From NCBI GenBank assembly GCA_964016885.1, contig OZ024743.1, positions 53,692,001-53,756,000 on the forward strand: a DNA stretch of 64,000 nt, written 5' to 3'. The position numbers were made by a program, and so were the translations under genes. Below, piece after piece: positions 26,510 through 41,670 of the stretch (positions within the stretch are counted from its first letter, which is position 1; every line of letters starts with the position of its first letter). The notes beneath the pieces were generated by a model that saw only the letters and a list, made by a program, of their open reading frames with translations, was not told the DNA's origin and ran no database searches. The DNA is from Eledone cirrhosa. Lineage: Eukaryota.

Positions 26510-27990
26510 AACTTACTTTGAATTCTGCTTCTTTCCCAAATCATGCCAAGTATCAACTTGACACCCGAGGCAACATTTGATAATACACACATTTTACAAT
26601 CAATTGTCATACAAATGATGCCACAAGGGCACAAACATGAGTAAAATGTCTTTGCACGGTTTTTAAATTGATAATACCCTTCTCAGGACATGGACAGAGC
26701 CAGTCAGCACTATTTTCTGTATCTCTTGTAGAGATGGCTTTTTAGGTATCTGGTCAAATATTTTTCAGTTTCCTTTTTTATCCTTCCGAATGCACTGACT
26801 ATCACTGGTATTGTACAGGCCTTAATTTTTTCAATTTCAATTGATAGATTTTTATACTTACTGAGCTTTCCGAACTCTTTCGAAGAGATGTTACGATCTG
26901 ATTATATGCTCGTGTCGATTAGGAAAAAGTTTTCTTTTTATGGTCCTTCACAATTATATCAAGTCTGTTGGCTTTGATTATTTTGTCTATTCACGGGGAA
27001 ATCCCATAGGATTGTCGCATTGTGGGCTCCCGTTATTGCATCTGGGTGATCGTTGTACCATTTCCCCTTCGTTTTCAGACCATAAAAACCTGCATATTAT
27101 CAAGTGTAAGTATTGCCCCACTCTATCATGCTTCGTGTTTATTTCTGGCGAGCTAATACTTTGTAGGCTGAAACCAGGTGCTCAATGGTCTCAACATGTT
27201 CATCAAAGAATCATAATTTTCGGTCAATTCCATTTCTGATCACATTGGCTTGAAAGATGCGTGTTGAAAGACACTGGTCTTGTGCAGTCAAAATGAAGCC
27301 TTCACTCTTTGCCTTTAGCTCAGAAATTGGCTGCCACTGGTGGGTGAAAGCTTGATCTCCATCAGATTCTTTGCTACGGAGAACATACTGCCCATGCAAT
27401 GGTCTTGCTCCCATTTAGTGCAGAATCTCTGTTGGCCTTCATGTTTTGCCAACACTTTGATATTCTTTGCACCTTTAATTGCAGAATTGCCATCATTTTC
27501 AAAATGTATTCCCAATTTTTCCACAAACTTTCTGCTTTCTTTTGTGACTGAATGTAACCTCTTCTTCCTTTCGTGATCTGCTAACATTTTCATCATCCAG
27601 TCATCTGGGTTTTAAGGTACTGGTCGAGTACAATGGTCGATATGCCGTATGACAACTCGAGTTGGATCATTCATCTACTGGATCATTCATCTACATCTAG
27701 GGAGATAGAAGTGATCCACATCTGCTTTTTGATGATGTATTTCACTACAGGTCAAACGTTTCTTGATTTTGGTGCCAATCTCTTAATTTCATTAACGTTC
27801 CAATTTATGATGTGACAACTGCGATTGCAACGGCATTTATGGCAGATAGTTTATTTCACGAGTTAAGCCCAGTTTTCGAGACAGCACGTACTCTCTGGTA
27901 GCATTCCTTCCTGATTCTCTCTTTTATGATGGTTTGGCCTTCATTCATCTCCGGATGTACCTGTTCTTGTTCCCTAATTACTGTATTCAC
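26510..27990 (-). mobile_element. Decayed R4/Dong-type LINE fragment
   Basis: Minus-strand peptides KAKSEGFILTAQDQCLSTR and QKIVLTGSVHVLRRVL resemble the C-terminal part of the 4479 element. Multiple stops and frameshifts. Boundaries approximate. Confidence 0.7.
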
Positions 27991-28150
27991 GTATATTTCG
28001 ATCAAATAGATGATTATTATTACTATTGATATTGCTGTTTTGGTTGTTATTAATAAAATCTATCTATTTCCTATCTCTCGCTGACTATGTATGTGTGTAC
28101 GTATGCATGTATATACATACATAAATACATACATATATATATATACATAT

Positions 28151-28184
<34 letters not shown>

Positions 28185-28374
28185 TCTTGACTGTGAAGGT
28201 CATATATACCGACCTGTCTGTATAAACATTAAAAATAATTCATGTGTGTGTGTGTATATATATCTATCTACCTACACACACCTATGTATATATATATATA
28301 TTTATTTATTTATTTTATATATTATTATTATTATTATTACTATTATTATTATTAATATACATATATATATATTG

Positions 28375-28422
<48 letters not shown>

Positions 28423-28487
28423 TGTATGTATGTATGTATGTATGTATGTATGTATGTATGTATGTATAATATATATATATATACAAA

Positions 28488-28857
28488 GGGCGTAAGAGTC
28501 AACGGCCATCCAGAAGTCTGTAAATATGTATATACACATGTACCGCACGGTAAAACCACTGAGAGTGAAGGACCCCTAGCCTTTGTCAGGGCATTCTTCT
28601 CGGAGAAGGCAACTCAGGAAACTGGGATAACTCTGATGTAAAACCTGCGGCTCAGTAGTTACCGATGATGTTGATCTTTTCTCCTTTTGGGGTTATAGCT
28701 ACTGTCGCTCAGAGAGTGGGATTGGCTCAGTGCACAGACTTTCCTCACTTTAAAAAATATCTTCACGCACAGGCATTGCACGATAGAATTAATTAATAAT
28801 TATTAATAATGGTATATCGTGCAATGGCCATACTCGATAACGAGGGGACAGCCATCA
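28488..28857 (+). mobile_element. RTE-related SINE-like copy (subfamily B)
   Basis: Closely similar to about 10235-10679, including the 3' GGCCATACTCGATAACGAGGG.CAGCCATC end. Confidence 0.7.
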
Positions 28858-28925
28858 TATATGTATATATAAGTGTCTGTGTGTATATATATATACACAC
28901 AGTATATATATGTAAGTGTGTATAT

Positions 28926-29224
28926 CATCATCATTTCATTTTACGTCCGCTTTTTCCCTACTTGCAAGGGTGGGACGGGAACTGATTCTGGCTTGATTTC
29001 TACAGCTGGATGCCCTTCTTAACACCAACCTCATTTACAGTGAGTGCTGGATGCTTTTTTGCCGTGGCACCTCCATGACCACTTTGAAATGCCGTGGCAC
29101 CTCCATGACCAATGTGAAATAAAGTGTCTTGCTCAAGGAAACAACACATCACCCAGTCTGAGAATTGAACTCACAACCTTTCGATTGCAAGGCCAATGCT
29201 CTAACCAGTAAGCCATGTACCTCC

Positions 29225-29225
<1 letters not shown>
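28926..29225 (-). mobile_element. SINE composite: (GAT)n-tailed repeat plus tRNA-like head
   Basis: GGATGCCCTTCTTAACACCAACC body, also at about 31440-31560 (+), 35575-35772 (+), 32120-32335 and 50910-51300. The tRNA/CORE-like segment 29115-29220 recurs near 22790, 50620, 59065 and 63815. Confidence 0.6.
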
Positions 29226-29287
<62 letters not shown>

Positions 29288-29562
29288 TTATTTATATATT
29301 TATTTATATGTAGTATAAGTAATTTGTAATATGTACTGTGTATATATACATGCAAAATATATTAATGTGTAGAGAATAATTGCTTGTTTGTACCATGCAT
29401 ATGTATATAGATGCAATGTAGTGTTGTGTATACATACATTTGGTAGTTATTTTGGAGGCTAGACACACGAGAAACTCCAGACGTTGGACGTACATATATA
29501 TATATACATATACATATCTATTTTATGTATATGTATACTTATATATATATGTATATGTATGC

Positions 29563-29599
<37 letters not shown>

Positions 29600-29753
29600 T
29601 ATATAAACATATATGTCTGTATATATGTATATAAATATGTATACACACATATGAATGTGTATATATATACCTAAATATAAATATGTATATATACACACAC
29701 ACACACATGAATATATAATATATATATATAAATATGTATACACTCATATATGA

Positions 29754-29830
<77 letters not shown>

Positions 29831-29953
29831 TATATACAAGTTCATATATGAGTGTATACATATTTATATATATATATTATATATTTATGTGTGTGTGTGT
29901 GTGTGCGTATACATATTTATATATAGATATACACATACATATATGTGTATACA

Positions 29954-30069
<116 letters not shown>

Positions 30070-30101
30070 TATAAATATGTATGCACAAACATATATGTAT
30101 A

Positions 30102-30147
<46 letters not shown>

Positions 30148-30215
30148 CATACACGCGCAGATACATATTGTCTGTGCGCTGCATATATTAAATAATATTG
30201 AAATAAATTATGGAC

Positions 30216-30295
<80 letters not shown>

Positions 30296-30401
30296 ATGCT
30301 TTGCAAGGGTCATGTTGCCAATAAGAAACACACGCACCAAAAACAAGATGGCGTAGGACAGAAGAAAGGAGAGGCACAAAAACAAAGAAAAGAATCCCCA
30401 A

Positions 30402-30443
30402 TCACTGAAGAGGTCACAGAATGTGTGACGAAAGAACTTTGAC
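30402..30443 (+). ncRNA. Variant hammerhead-like motif in an inverted-repeat element (30291-30660)
   Basis: TCA-CTGAAGA-G-GTCACA(GAATG)TGTGAC-GAAAGAACTT-TGA. Element arms 30291-30338 and 30552-30600 are inverted. Confidence 0.6.
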
Positions 30444-30655
30444 AATATATGAACAACCGTCAGGTTATGAAACCAACCAACCAACCAACCGGAAATTTAT
30501 AAATTCTTAAATTTATGAATTTAATTTATAATAAATTGGAGTGAAAGCAACTGGTGCGTGTGTTTCTTATTTTCAACATGACCCTTCCAAAGCATAACAA
30601 TATCGGTGTCATCACACGTTTTCAGATAAAGAATCTTGCTAAACAAATTCAGAAA

Positions 30656-30740
<85 letters not shown>

Positions 30741-31047
30741 AAAGTATATATATATATATTATTATTATAAAGTACCAGTAATGCACTGGGTGATTGCTGG
30801 CCTTGTGCCAAAAGTAGAAACAATTATTATATATACATATAAATAAATATATATATGGATAAATTTATATATCTATATATCTAATGTATATATATATATA
30901 AATGTAGATAATTATATATATATATATATATATGTATGTATATATATCATGCATATAAGTTGGTATATATTATGTATAGACAACGCAAACTGTATCGTTC
31001 ATCTAATAGATTCAATGGACAAGAACGTAGAGCGCTTATATATACAT

Positions 31048-31146
<99 letters not shown>

Positions 31147-31287
31147 TATATGTGTGTATGTGTGCGTGTTACAAAAGTATTTATACACAGGCACACACTT
31201 ATATTTGTCTATCTATATATTTATGTATATATACAGATAAACAATTATGTGTGTGCATGTGTATTTATACACATGTATATATGTATA

Positions 31288-31362
<75 letters not shown>

Positions 31363-32571
31363 CTACATATATATTTCTACTCGTTCCTATTACCCACTCT
31401 ACTACCCTAAGTATTGAGTACTTTGGTGCGTTATGGCCCAGCACTCACCGTAAATGAGGTTGGTGTTAAGAAGGGCATCCAGCTGTAGAAATCGAGCCAA
31501 AATCAGTTCCCGTCCCACCCTTGCAAGCAGGGAAAAAGCGGACGTAAAATGAAATGATGATATATATATATAAAATATATACACATATATATATATATAA
31601 AATATATACACATAGATATAATATATGTATATATAGTGTATATATGTATGTATATATATATATATGTGTGTATATATGTATGTATATATATATATATATA
31701 TGTGTATGCATATATATATTATATATTATATATATATATGTGTGTGTGTATGAAATACAGTAGAACATGATACATTGTTAGGTCATCTGTGTTTAAACTT
31801 TCACAACCACCACATTTGTTTGGCGAGGGTAGGGGGTATGAATCCCAGCATGGCAAAAACAAGTACTGACAAAAAAAAGGGGCAAAACCTAAGATAAGGT
31901 TTGTTTGCATTTATGAATGTATGTCTGATTATATCATAGACTCATACAAACATACCTACAAAATAGATGGTGGCTGCCAACTCGTTTTCGAGTACGGCCA
32001 CTACTTTATATCCATGTAGGAGAACCCCTACCGATGCGCTGAACGAGTGTGACTTTTTAGTCCAGCCAGCGACTTGAAAACTCTGGTACAAAATAGATAC
32101 ATACATACATACATACACACATACATTTAAATGTCGCTTTTTCCCTTGCTGTCATGTTTTGGTTGGGCGTACTAAATTGGAGTCAGTGTTTTCGAGTGGT
32201 AACTCCAACAGGGTGCCCTTCACGTCATCAAACACATTACACGGTGTACGGGATGCCACCGGCCATAGAACGGTTGTGAGGTGCTTGACACAACCGTTTG
32301 TTTGGCATGGCCTATACGGCTGAATACCAACCATTTATATCTATCTTTCTTAATGGTGAAAGCAGCGACTCTTTGCTTAAATTTTAATGTTATTTTAATA
32401 TATATATATAATATATATATATATATATGCATATATATATATATATATGTATGTAATATACATCTATATATATATATATGTTATATATACATATATATGT
32501 ATAAGTTATATATATGTATGTGTTATATATATATGTGTGTGTGTGCGTTATGTATATATGTAATATATATG

Positions 32572-32705
<134 letters not shown>

Positions 32706-32850
32706 TATATATATATGTGTGTGTGTTACAATATATATATATGAGTGTGTTTTATATATATATATATAGGATAATAAGTTATCCTTTTAGGTAATCTAGT
32801 TGGAGGTTGTGAATACTCTGTACTCACTCTTTCACTATATATATATATAA

Positions 32851-33073
<223 letters not shown>

Positions 33074-33345
33074 CTATACCTCCTTCAATGTACAATGCCA
33101 TTTGCAAGTCTCATTGAAATCAATATCATACACATGAAATAGACAACAAAATCCCTCACATTCCTAGATTGTAAGGGCTAGACGCTGTGAAGATTGTCCT
33201 GTTCTTTGCGCCATCTGTCTCGGAAGAGTTCGTACTGTGGGACACTAGTTGATTTACGCCTATGAATGTATACGTACTTACATACACAGACACATGCTCA
33301 CACACAAACGCACACGCATATATGTAGAGGTTATTCAAGATATTA

Positions 33346-33457
33346 ATGGTTGACTAGTACCACTATTAACACTATGGTTGACTAGTACCACTATTAACAC
33401 TATGGTTGACTAGTACCACTATTAACACTATGGTTGACTAGTACCACTATTAACACT
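33346..33457. repeat. Perfect 28-bp tandem repeat, 4 copies
   Basis: Unit ATGGTTGACTAGTACCACTATTAACACT, no spacers. Confidence 0.95.
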
Positions 33458-33547
33458 CGATGCCAAGGCTGCGTGTATATTAAGAATAACATGACTAAGT
33501 TTAATATGAATGTTTATATTTGTTATAAATATATATATATATACACG

Positions 33548-33588
<41 letters not shown>

Positions 33589-33674
33589 GTATATATATAT
33601 ACTGGGAAGAAACTCTCATGAGAGCTGGACAGCAGAATAAACTCCAGTCAAGCGAGCGTTTCGGCCCTTATGTG

Positions 33675-33785
<111 letters not shown>

Positions 33786-33950
33786 AGTGAGAGAGAATAC
33801 ACATACGTGGATTAATAGATGTGTGTATGTGTGTTTGTAAATATTTGTACTATATATATCCCTAAGGGATCTTACCGATGTTAAGCTGACTTAGTTCGCG
33901 GCCGGATCTCCCCCTCATTAATCCCCCTATCTCCCTTCCCCCTCTCTCTA

Positions 33951-33988
<38 letters not shown>

Positions 33989-34126
33989 CATATATGTGTA
34001 TGTATATATGTATATATATGTACATGTATGTGTATATATATATAAATATATAAAATATATGGAACTTTTTTAACCATCTTTTAATTTCTTCTTATAAATA
34101 TATATATATATATATATATATACATC

Positions 34127-34163
<37 letters not shown>

Positions 34164-34194
34164 GTGTGTGTATATATATATATATATATACATC

Positions 34195-34231
<37 letters not shown>

Positions 34232-34811
34232 GTGTGTGTATATATATATATATATGTGTGTATATATATATATTTATAAGAAATTAAAAGATGGTTAAAA
34301 ATGTTCCATATATTTTATATATTTATATATATATGTATATATATACACATACATGTACATATATATACATATATAAATACACATATATGTATATATATAT
34401 ATGCATATATTTACATATATATACATAGACACGCATATATATAACGTATATATATACACACATAGATACATCCACATATATATATATAAAGAATGATAAA
34501 TATATACAAACATGCACATGTGTGTATATAAAGAATGATAAATATATACACACATGCACATGTGCATGTTTGTCCATCTGTATAAATAATTTGTGTATAA
34601 AGTAATATCTGTGAGTGAGGAGGTTATATTTGTAAATATATTAGCAGCACGTGTTACTCGGTTCAATTCCAGTCATCAACCCTCTAGGCAAACTGTCTTA
34701 TGACATAGCATCTGGCCTACTTTCGTATATAGACAAACACTCAGACAGGTAGATATGTGTGCCTGTATGTCTGATATACATGTTCTCACACACACACACA
34801 CACACACACAG

Positions 34812-34881
<70 letters not shown>

Positions 34882-34913
34882 AGAACAAAAGATGGTTAAA
34901 GGAGTTCCATGTA

Positions 34914-34980
34914 TTTTATTATGCGCATTTCAAAAACAAATATCATCATGCAATAATATTTGTGTTTTCATCAGATAAAA
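34914..34980 (-). ncRNA. Type I hammerhead ribozyme
   Basis: Minus strand TTTTAT-CTGATGA-AAACACAAATAT...ATATTTGTTTTT-GAAA-T-GCGC-A-TA-ATAAAA. Palindromic stem III ATGCGCAT, AUA triplet. Inverted partial copy at about 35040-35200. Confidence 0.85.
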
Positions 34981-35196
34981 CAGGAGGACATGATATGAAG
35001 GCTAAAAAACACTTGTGGATAGTTCAGTTTTAAATCAACATATTTTTGTTTTTGAAATGCGCATAATAAAATACATGGAACTCCTTTAACCATCTTTTGT
35101 TCTTATATATTATGTATACTCCAGTCCCACAAACTGTAGAGTGCTTCTTATCCGATATCTGCATTGCTTTATTGTACTACAATAAAACTCACCTCC

Positions 35197-35240
<44 letters not shown>

Positions 35241-35515
35241 ATATATATATATATTTATATGTATGTATGTGTGTATATATATATTATATATATATATATA
35301 TTTTTTTTTAATATATATATATATTTATATGTATGTATGTGTGTATATATATATTATATATATATACACATACATATGAATATATATATATTTTAAATGT
35401 ATGTATATATATATATATGTTAAACTAATATATTTCTGTTAAACTAATATATTTCTTCATTAAACAGTGTCGTTTGCTTTGCTAACTTTGTTTACCTCTT
35501 AAACACGCACATATT

Positions 35516-35569
<54 letters not shown>

Positions 35570-35949
35570 TTACAGTGTAGGTAACACGGTAAAAACCTCC
35601 CAGTCTACACTGTAAACGTGGTTGGTGTTAGGAAGGGCATCCAGCCGTAGAAAACCCGCCAGACAGTCCTATACGAGCAGGACAACAATTCTTGCCTCAA
35701 GTGGGAAACCTCCCGTCCAAACCCATGCAAGCGTGGAAGATGGACGTTAGACGATGATGATGATGATGATGATATTTATATATATATATATATACATATA
35801 CATACGTAGACTCCCGAGTTGTGTCTGGGGGTAACCAGTCCTCTAGCAATCATTTGTATATATATAATTATGAATGTACTTATGTATATATATATATATA
35901 CACATATATATATATATATATTTATATATTATATATATATATATATATA

Positions 35950-35988
<39 letters not shown>

Positions 35989-36214
35989 GTACATACATAT
36001 ATGTGTACAGGCGTACAGTAGTATGTATATATATACATACATGCACACATATACATGTACGTATATATACATGTATATATGTGTGCATGTATGTATATAT
36101 ATATACATACTACTGTACGTCTGTACACATATATGTATGCACGTATACATACTTATATTTAGGTATCAGCCGTACTAAGAGTGAGAAATGAAATTTTGTT
36201 TCATTCTTTTCCAT

Positions 36215-36274
<60 letters not shown>

Positions 36275-36468
36275 GTAAATATACACATATATACTTATAA
36301 ATACTCCGTTTTTCCTATGGAAAAAATGCGTCGAGTGCTTGACATGAATTGCATCAATATTTACCGTAAGATATAAGTAAATATATATATATTTGTATTA
36401 CATATATAGTTGTGTATATACGTATGTTTATACATATGTATATACACCTAAAAATGTATGTATATATA

Positions 36469-36521
<53 letters not shown>

Positions 36522-36605
36522 GTATATATATGTATGTATATATATATATATATATGTATATGTATGTATAAATATATATATGTATATATATATATATGTA
36601 TAAGT

Positions 36606-36665
<60 letters not shown>

Positions 36666-36714
36666 GCATACATATATATACATACATACATATATATATG
36701 TATATGTATTTATT

Positions 36715-36777
<63 letters not shown>

Positions 36778-36781
36778 ATAC

Positions 36782-36821
<40 letters not shown>

Positions 36822-36991
36822 ATACATATATACATATATATATATGTATATATACGTCTTTTTCTAATTGTCCTTAACACTAAGACTTATTAAAATAATA
36901 TAAACAATTCACTATCCAGATGGCTTCCAAAAATAATGGTTGCATTTTAAAAGGGTACGTCAAAGCTTATTTGTAAAACTGTTATATCTTG

Positions 36992-37085
36992 TATTTTGTC
37001 TGATGAAGGCATACCATAATTTAATTTGGTATCCCTGATAATGAAATAAATATGGTTTTATAAATATAGTTTCCATTTATTAATA
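36992..37085 (+). pseudogene. Decayed hammerhead copy of the 39841 family
   Basis: CTGATGA at 37000 and stem II AGGCATACCA/TGGTATCCCT are retained, GAAA/stem III is partly deleted, and the downstream tail matches 39900-39930. Confidence 0.6.
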
Positions 37086-38135
37086 TCGTATATATATATA
37101 TATATATGACTTTGTGTCACCATCTGCAATAAATTTTTATACTGTCTTATATTGTTTGTTTGGGAGTGTATTTTCTGTGTGTATGGATTATTGTAAATCT
37201 TTTTGATACCGATCTGTCCGAAACTGTCCCTGATCTACAAATCAAAACTGTTTATTTGAAAGTGCTTTTATTCATTTACATGCTCTAAACACCAGCTTAA
37301 AGTTGGTTATACTATGAAATCCTTTTAGTTCTTTTGTTATTTAAAAAAAAAAGTAATTGAAGATCAAATGCAATATTTTTCATCAGATATATTTTAAGTT
37401 GTGAGAACATTTACAGTGCTGGATGAATATGTTTAGAAATTTCTTCCAGTTTGGGAAATCGTCAGTCATTGTTTTATTTACTCGTGAACAGAAGCGACCC
37501 TTCAGACAACTTCTGAGGGCCAGAGGCGGTTGTTCACTGCTCTGCTAAGGCGGCGTTTTATTTTTGGTTCAATATGTATACCGTGGCTCAATCAGATACG
37601 AAAATTACTTCAGTTTTTCCTGACATCTTTTTTCAGCTGTGTTTTTTGTTCTTTTCTTTTTCTTTTTTTTTTTTTCTCTTTATTTTTACCCAGCCCCACG
37701 GCAAGCCCGTCAATGTCTGCCCGCATTGCCAATTGGTCTTTGAGAGGTTTGAAAATCCAATAACCACAACTCAGACTGATGTTTTGTAGCAAAGGAAAGA
37801 ATCACCTTCATTGATTCATTTTATAACATTTAAGATATGATTTTACCTTCTAACATTCAAATTAGAACGCGCTGATAAATTCGACATTTTTTATTGAAAT
37901 TAAAAGTGTCAGCTTATTTTGAACTTCAATAAACTCTTATTGAAATTTATTAATGTTGACAAAATCCTCATGTAAATTGTTAATGCCAGAACTAAATGGA
38001 ATTGGCACGCAATATTATTTCTAAGCAGCTTCTGTTAGAATGTCGTGATTGAATTCTGTTATCAAATTTTACTGGATTGTTCTAGACAAAAACTGAGCTA
38101 TTCTTTAAGCACATTTGATTTTTTTTCATTTATTC

Positions 38136-38395
38136 AAAGATTACTTGATCATGACCTTGTAAAACGAATATTTAACACATTCAATCCTGAAACACACACA
38201 CACACACACACAAATATGTATATGTATATATGTGTGTGTGAATACATATATATATATATATATGTGTGTGTATGTATATATATATACACACACACACATA
38301 TATATACATATACATATTTGTGTGTGTGTATGTGTGTGTTTCAGGATTGAATGTGTTAAATATTCGTTTTACAAGGTCATGATCAAATAATCTTT

Positions 38396-38397
<2 letters not shown>
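38136..38397. repeat. Inverted repeat whose arms include microsatellites
   Basis: CAAAGATTACTTGATCATGACCTTGTAAAACG...CCTGAAAC is mirrored at about 38338-38397. Confidence 0.75.
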
Positions 38398-38475
<78 letters not shown>

Positions 38476-38509
38476 CATACATACATACATACATACATAC
38501 ATACATACA

Positions 38510-38557
<48 letters not shown>

Positions 38558-38861
38558 GATTTTTTTTAGTATATGTTGGTTGTATACCAACACTCAGTAT
38601 GCAGATTGGAGCACTCGACGAAGTGGGCAGGTTGGTTTGGTTACTCTGGAGTAATGTAAAATAAAATAAAATAAAATAAATAAGTCAAATGTTTAAAATT
38701 TAGCTTCGTTTATTACTGCTATATATATTTCAGTGACAGCCATCTTTGGCTTCCAGTTCCTCAGTGAAATAACAACCCAACCAGGAACTGAGCATATCAG
38801 AGTATTGACAAAGTTATACACCTCAATAACATATGTACTTGTCTATACCACACTAATTCGG

Positions 38862-38916
38862 ATTGCCTGAAGAGGTCACAGCCAAAGATGGGTGTCACTG
38901 AAATATATATAGCAGT
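38862..38916 (+). ncRNA. Type I hammerhead ribozyme
   Basis: ATTGC-CTGAAGA-GGTCACAGCC(AAAGAT)GGGTGTCACT-GAAA-T-ATAT-A-TA-GCAGT. Inverted partial copy at about 38560-38751. Confidence 0.8.
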
Positions 38917-38967
38917 AATAAACGAAGCTAAATTTTAAACATTTGACTTATTTATTTTATTTTATTT

Positions 38968-39016
<49 letters not shown>

Positions 39017-39037
39017 CCAACAAATTAAATATCTCTT

Positions 39038-39102
<65 letters not shown>

Positions 39103-39504
39103 TAAGGTAAGCTAATTGAAGCATCCACTTAGAATCTAGTTAGAAATATTGAAGATAATGGGTGATTCCTTTTTTTTTTTCAAATAAAAGTAATTTCTGC
39201 TTTAAGAATGTACTGGGTCACATAACTATCTGCAGAACCTTTCTATGAGATAACCACTGACGTGTTTGTTATTGAGAGCATTTGACTTTTTAAAGTTTAT
39301 AACTTGAACAAAGTCATCCATTGTTAAATCCAATTTCAAATATATACTTTATGAAACAAGATTTATGTATATACTAGGTGTCCCAAAAATGTATACACAA
39401 CTGCAACAGTATTTTAATAAATATTGCCTCAAAGTGTGTATACATTTTTTTTTTGGGGGGGGGGGGGGGGGTACACACCCTGTCTATATATCTATTTCTC
39501 TCTC

Positions 39505-39609
<105 letters not shown>

Positions 39610-39840
39610 AAGAGATATTTAATTTGTTGGAAATCCAACAAATATAGATGTTTACAACTGATTTAAAGCACTCGACGGATTTCTGGAGTAAGTATTCAAT
39701 TGATATTAAATAAATGGAAACTATATTTATAAAACCATATTTATTCTATTATATATATTTCAAGGGTACTTTCCAGGGATAACTTGAACCGTTAAGGTAT
39801 ATCATCCTTGGTCATGTTAAATATTTATAAAACATTTTGT

Positions 39841-39900
39841 ATTTTATCTGATGATAGCGTACCAACATTTTTGGTACCCTTGAAATATATATAATAGAAT
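39841..39900 (+). ncRNA. Type I hammerhead ribozyme
   Basis: ATTTTAT-CTGATGA-T-AGCGTACCAA(CATTT)TTGGTACCCT-T-GAAA-T-ATAT-A-TA-ATAGAAT. Inverted partial copy at about 39600-39769. Confidence 0.8.
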
Positions 39901-40528
39901 AAATATGGTTTTATAAATATAGTTTCCATTGTTTTGAAAAGCTTGCTCATGTTAATATGATGCTCAAGTGAAAAATTACTGGATGACAATTTAAAACGGT
40001 GAAGGAATTGAGGAAACCTACGATTACAAGAGGATGAATGTGACATTGGTATCTGCGAACCTCTGGACTGTGTACAATTATTAAAGTTCGAAAAGGCTGT
40101 TGGTGTTAATATAGTGTTCGGGTGAAAAATTACTAGATATCAATTGAAAATGTGGTTAGGGGTGGCGTGAAGAGACCTGGGATAGCAAAGGGGAGATATA
40201 CAACCTCGAAAAGCAAAGGGGGGGGGGAATATGAATTGGGTCTCTGAGAATGACTGACCTTGTTGAATGCTAAATACTTCACTTGCTTTTTATTGCAGAA
40301 ATCAATTACCACTAATACAACTAACGGACTCTAACAATTGACACTGAAATATACTGCAACTTCTTGGCAACATCATCCCACATATAATGCAAACCGTATC
40401 AATCAATAGTTGGTGCTTTTAAGAGGTCTTCTCAAATTACACAGTGATGCAGGGACAGCGAAGCTATTTTTAGGCGGGGCTAATAAAAAGTATCGCATGC
40501 GCACATAGACACACAGACACACACTATG

Positions 40529-40602
<74 letters not shown>

Positions 40603-40607
40603 AATAA

Positions 40608-40659
<52 letters not shown>

Positions 40660-41540
40660 TAGAAGTGTTGAATTACAGAAACATTTGTTTAGACTGTACT
40701 TCGTTATTATATATTTTACTTTTCTTTAATGAAGTGTGACATTGTGCCATATGGCTCCCGTAGTCCCCGCGGCTCTAACGTCCCTGTGAGGACTTTTCTG
40801 TCTCCCAAGATACAGTATAACGCTTATGTATTTTTTTTTTATAAAGGAAATATAGAACAGGTTGAAATTCCTTTCCTCAAAACACTTAGGATTGGAGGTT
40901 TTTCGGAGTTTGGAGAAAGATCCTGCTATGATGGCTGCCGGCAACACATCTAATGGGCTAGGTAAGCCCCACTCTTAGCATAGTTGAGGTCATTTACAAC
41001 AACTTCCACGTGACAGGCAACAGGGCAACAGCTGCATATCATCTGGGAGGAAGCTAACCAGTCCACTGTGGAATTTCCCATTTGTGGCGAGTCATGTCAA
41101 CACTAAACTTTCGGAATTTGGAATTTCGGATAAAAGATTCTATTCCTTGAACCAACCCATCTTTTTCATTTAACAGCTGGCATAGATTTCTTTTCCTAAA
41201 CCCTCTATGTGTTTCGTTCTCAAACACCATTTAAGTTTCTCTTTGAACGTCTTTTAAAATTAAAACAGTAATTTCCAAACTGAGATCTGTGAGTTGAGTA
41301 CAAAATTACAAGTGCTTTGTTAAAATCATAATATACGCACATTACTAAGTGTAAGCATTTCCCTCAACACCTATCTCTGATTTTAATTCTAACCCTATAT
41401 CAATCTAGGAGTTCACAAATGTAGTACTAGGGGTAGAAGAGTTAAATTCAAAATTTCAAGTACTTTGTTATGAACATATTTATACATATTATTGCGATTA
41501 TTCAATCTTCTTCAAGTATAATATAATATAGCAAATCTGT

Positions 41541-41670
41541 TATCTTTGATGAAGGACTAGTGTCCGAAACATTAAGATATTTTTCTCCTGCTATTTCAAA
41601 CGTTAAACTAATATCATTTTTCAATATACCTTGTCGTTAGCCTTCTAATTTCTGTTTACCTTTTACATAC
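41541..41670 (+). pseudogene. Decayed minimal hammerhead plus Penelope-like tail
   Basis: TATCT-TTGATGA-A-GGAC(TAGT)GTCC-GAAACATTA-AGATA, with C-to-T at the first core base. The tail motif GT(T/C)AAACTAATA recurs near 35420 and 45570. Confidence 0.55.

Noticed and set aside
33346-33457. CRISPR-like 28-bp repeats
   Set aside because: Head-to-tail with no spacers, no cas genes, eukaryotic context.
40928-40967. ATG ATG GCT GCC GGC AAC ACA TCT AAT GGG CTA G|GTAAG as a possible small exon
   Set aside because: Too short, no recognisable peptide, and such a donor can occur by chance in a long intron.
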